Shown here: one piece after another, positions 62,053-64,000 of the stretch | How the letters are laid out: each line of letters begins with the position of its first letter | Numbering within the stretch: the first letter of the stretch is position 1 | Assembly (NCBI GenBank): GCA_963666835.2 | Contig: CAXXGO010000006.1 | Coordinates: 2,336,001 to 2,400,000, forward strand | Length of the DNA: 64,000 nt | Direction: 5' to 3' | DNA from: Phycisphaerae bacterium | GTDB taxonomy: Bacteria > Planctomycetota > Phycisphaerae > UBA1845 | Made by a program: the position numbers and the translations under genes | Notes under the pieces: generated by a model | Told to the model about the DNA's origin: nothing | The model's input: only the letters and a program-made list of their open reading frames with translations | The model's database searches: none

Positions 62053-64000
62053 ATGAGCGGTCCTGATAGACCAACCACGGAATACGTGATTATCTGCGTC
62101 GACGACGAGCCGGAGGTTCTGGCGGCGCTGGTCCGAGACGTTGAAACGGTATGCGCCCAGGCTATGCGCGTCGAAAGCTGTGCCAACGCTGACCAGGTGT
62201 TGGAGTTGGTGGAGGAGTTTCATGCGCCTAGGACGCGGGTGCCGTTGATAATCGCGGATCACGTCATGCCGGGCATGTCGGGCGTGGAGCTGCTGGTTGC
62301 CCTGCATCAGAGGCGGGACTACCGGGCGATGCGTAAGACGCTTCTCTCGGCCCGCACGACGCTCGAGGACGTAACCTGTGCGTTGAACCACGGAGCTCTG
62401 CACCGCAGTCTGAGTAAGCCCTGGACCCGGGAGGAGCTATCCGGCTGTATTCGCGAACTGTTAACCAGCTACTTCATTCATCACGCTCCGGAGGACATGG
62501 GTAGGTTTCCCGGCCTGGTGGACGCCGGACAGCTCCCCCGGGCTTACCGGGCGGCGGAACAGACCCGGCAGGAGCTCGACTCCCAGGTGCGGACGCTCAA
62601 GAGCGGTCTCTTCGCCGATATGGACATGAGCGACGAGGAGGTGGAGCAGGCGATGGTGGCGGCCATCGACGAGGCCTTGGATCATCCTCCGCGGCGCGAT
62701 TATCCTGCGGGTACGGTTCTCTTGAGCCAGGATCAGGTTGTGGAATCCGTTGCGATTCTGGTGTCGGGGTACGTGGAGCTGGCCCACCGGATGGAGGGAC
62801 GGGAAATCGTGACCCTCACGCATTCGATCGGCCGAATAATCGGTCTGCTGTCCCTGACTCAGCGGAAGCGGGCGTTCTACACCTGTCGGACGGTGACGGA
62901 AGTGACGGTCATCCCGCTGACGATGGAGCAACTGAACACGGCTTTGCAGGCCAACCCGTGGTTGAGCATCCACTTTATGACGGCACTGATTCGTTCAATG
63001 GGCAATCGTGCTAAGCGTATGACGCAACTGAAGGCCGAAGTGGAGATTCTCAATAGCGAATTACGGGGTGAGCGCGATCAGCTTGCCGATGCCTTGGATC
63101 GCTTGGAACAGGCCCAGATGAGGCTGGTTGAATCGGAGAGAATGGCGACTTTGGGGCAGATGGCCGCCGGTATCGCCCATGAGCTGAACAACCCGATTGC
63201 CGGGATTCGCCGGTCGGTGGATTTCATAGCCGAAGACGTCATTTCGCTGGTCATGTCGTTCCCTGAAGGGGAGGAGATCAAAGCGGTAATGCAGTCGGCG
63301 ATGTCGAGCACGCCGATCTCCACGCGGGAGCTGCGCAAATACGGAACGGCGTTGGACGCCGTGGTGGGCGACGCGGCCCGCACGCGGCGCTTGGTCAAAG
63401 TCGGGATCATGACGCCCGAGGCCTACAAGGAGCGTTTTGCGGGTCTGTCGGCCGAGGATGGTGAACGGCGTTTGCGGGCCATCGAGCGGTATCATGAACT
63501 GGGAACCGCTTTACGTAATGTCGGCACTTGCAGTGATCGTATCTCGGAGATTGTGCAGAGTCTGCGGTCGTACGTTCGGACGGGCAGCGAACCGATCGGC
63601 AACGTGGATATTCATGAAGGGCTGGAGGACACCCTGCGGCTGTTCGGTCACGAGCTGCACGACGTGCATGTCAAACGCTCGTACGGCGATCTGCCGCGTA
63701 TCGAATGCCGCGTGGGTGAGCTCAACCAAGTGTGGACGAATTTGGTTTCCAACGCGCTTCAGGCGATGGGTGGGACCGGGGAATTACGAGTCGAGACCGA
63801 TGTTCCGGATCGCGATCATGTTCGGGTCCGGACCACCGATAGCGGGAAGGGGATCGCGCCCGACGTTGTGGGTAAGGTCTTTGATCTGCATTTTACGACC
63901 AAGGACGGACGAGTGACGTTCGGCCTGGGGATGGGACTGGCGATCTGCCGGCAGATCATCACCAGGCACGGCGGGACGATTAGCGTTGAGTCTAAGCCGG
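62053..64000 (+). CDS. Receiver + cNMP-binding + histidine kinase protein (partial, runs off window end; absent from the ORF track)
   Basis: My translation from ATG 62053: ICVDDEPE, IADHVMPG, SKPW; cNMP-like barrel; GIAHELNNP, NLVSNA, DSGKGI, FTTK, GMGL. Confidence 0.92.
   Translation, partial: MSGPDRPTTEYVIICVDDEPEVLAALVRDVETVCAQAMRVESCANADQVLELVEEFHAPRTRVPLIIADHVMPGMSGVELLVALHQRRDYRAMRKTLLSARTTLEDVTCALNHGALHRSLSKPWTREELSGCIRELLTSYFIHHAPEDMGRFPGLVDAGQLPRAYRAAEQTRQELDSQVRTLKSGLFADMDMSDEEVEQAMVAAIDEALDHPPRRDYPAGTVLLSQDQVVESVAILVSGYVELAHRMEGREIVTLTHSIGRIIGLLSLTQRKRAFYTCRTVTEVTVIPLTMEQLNTALQANPWLSIHFMTALIRSMGNRAKRMTQLKAEVEILNSELRGERDQLADALDRLEQAQMRLVESERMATLGQMAAGIAHELNNPIAGIRRSVDFIAEDVISLVMSFPEGEEIKAVMQSAMSSTPISTRELRKYGTALDAVVGDAARTRRLVKVGIMTPEAYKERFAGLSAEDGERRLRAIERYHELGTALRNVGTCSDRISEIVQSLRSYVRTGSEPIGNVDIHEGLEDTLRLFGHELHDVHVKRSYGDLPRIECRVGELNQVWTNLVSNALQAMGGTGELRVETDVPDRDHVRVRTTDSGKGIAPDVVGKVFDLHFTTKDGRVTFGLGMGLAICRQIITRHGGTISVESKP

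Overview
GC-rich bacterial chromosomal window. The gene repertoire (DUF6677-like protein, long LepB and PilD, N-terminally extended sigma-70 factor) suggests Planctomycetota, probably Phycisphaerae; this is an inference. Most of the window is housekeeping: hemY-hemB converging on hemL-hemC-hemD, tRNA-Met, asd, adk, truB-ruvCAB-ispH, coaD-HD-coaE, Trk/Ktr, recG, lptB, lepB, neuABC and tRNA-Ser. Envelope and signalling genes include an exosortase H pair and an IPTL-CTERM substrate, two hybrid histidine kinases, and a DASS transporter. I found no CRISPR array, transposase, integrase, prophage or recognisable defence system. The most unusual signal is non-coding. A ~450-470 bp fold-back element occurs three times, with 19-bp terminal inverted repeats, an 8-bp target-site duplication, an internal inverted GTAG-hairpin doublet and compensatory substitutions. 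A 22-bp GTAR REP family has entered three reading frames, and two further palindromic repeat families are present. Genes at 34.8-39.9 kb and at ~52.05 kb carry frameshifts that look like sequencing insertion errors. All calls come from reading motifs by eye; no database searches were run.
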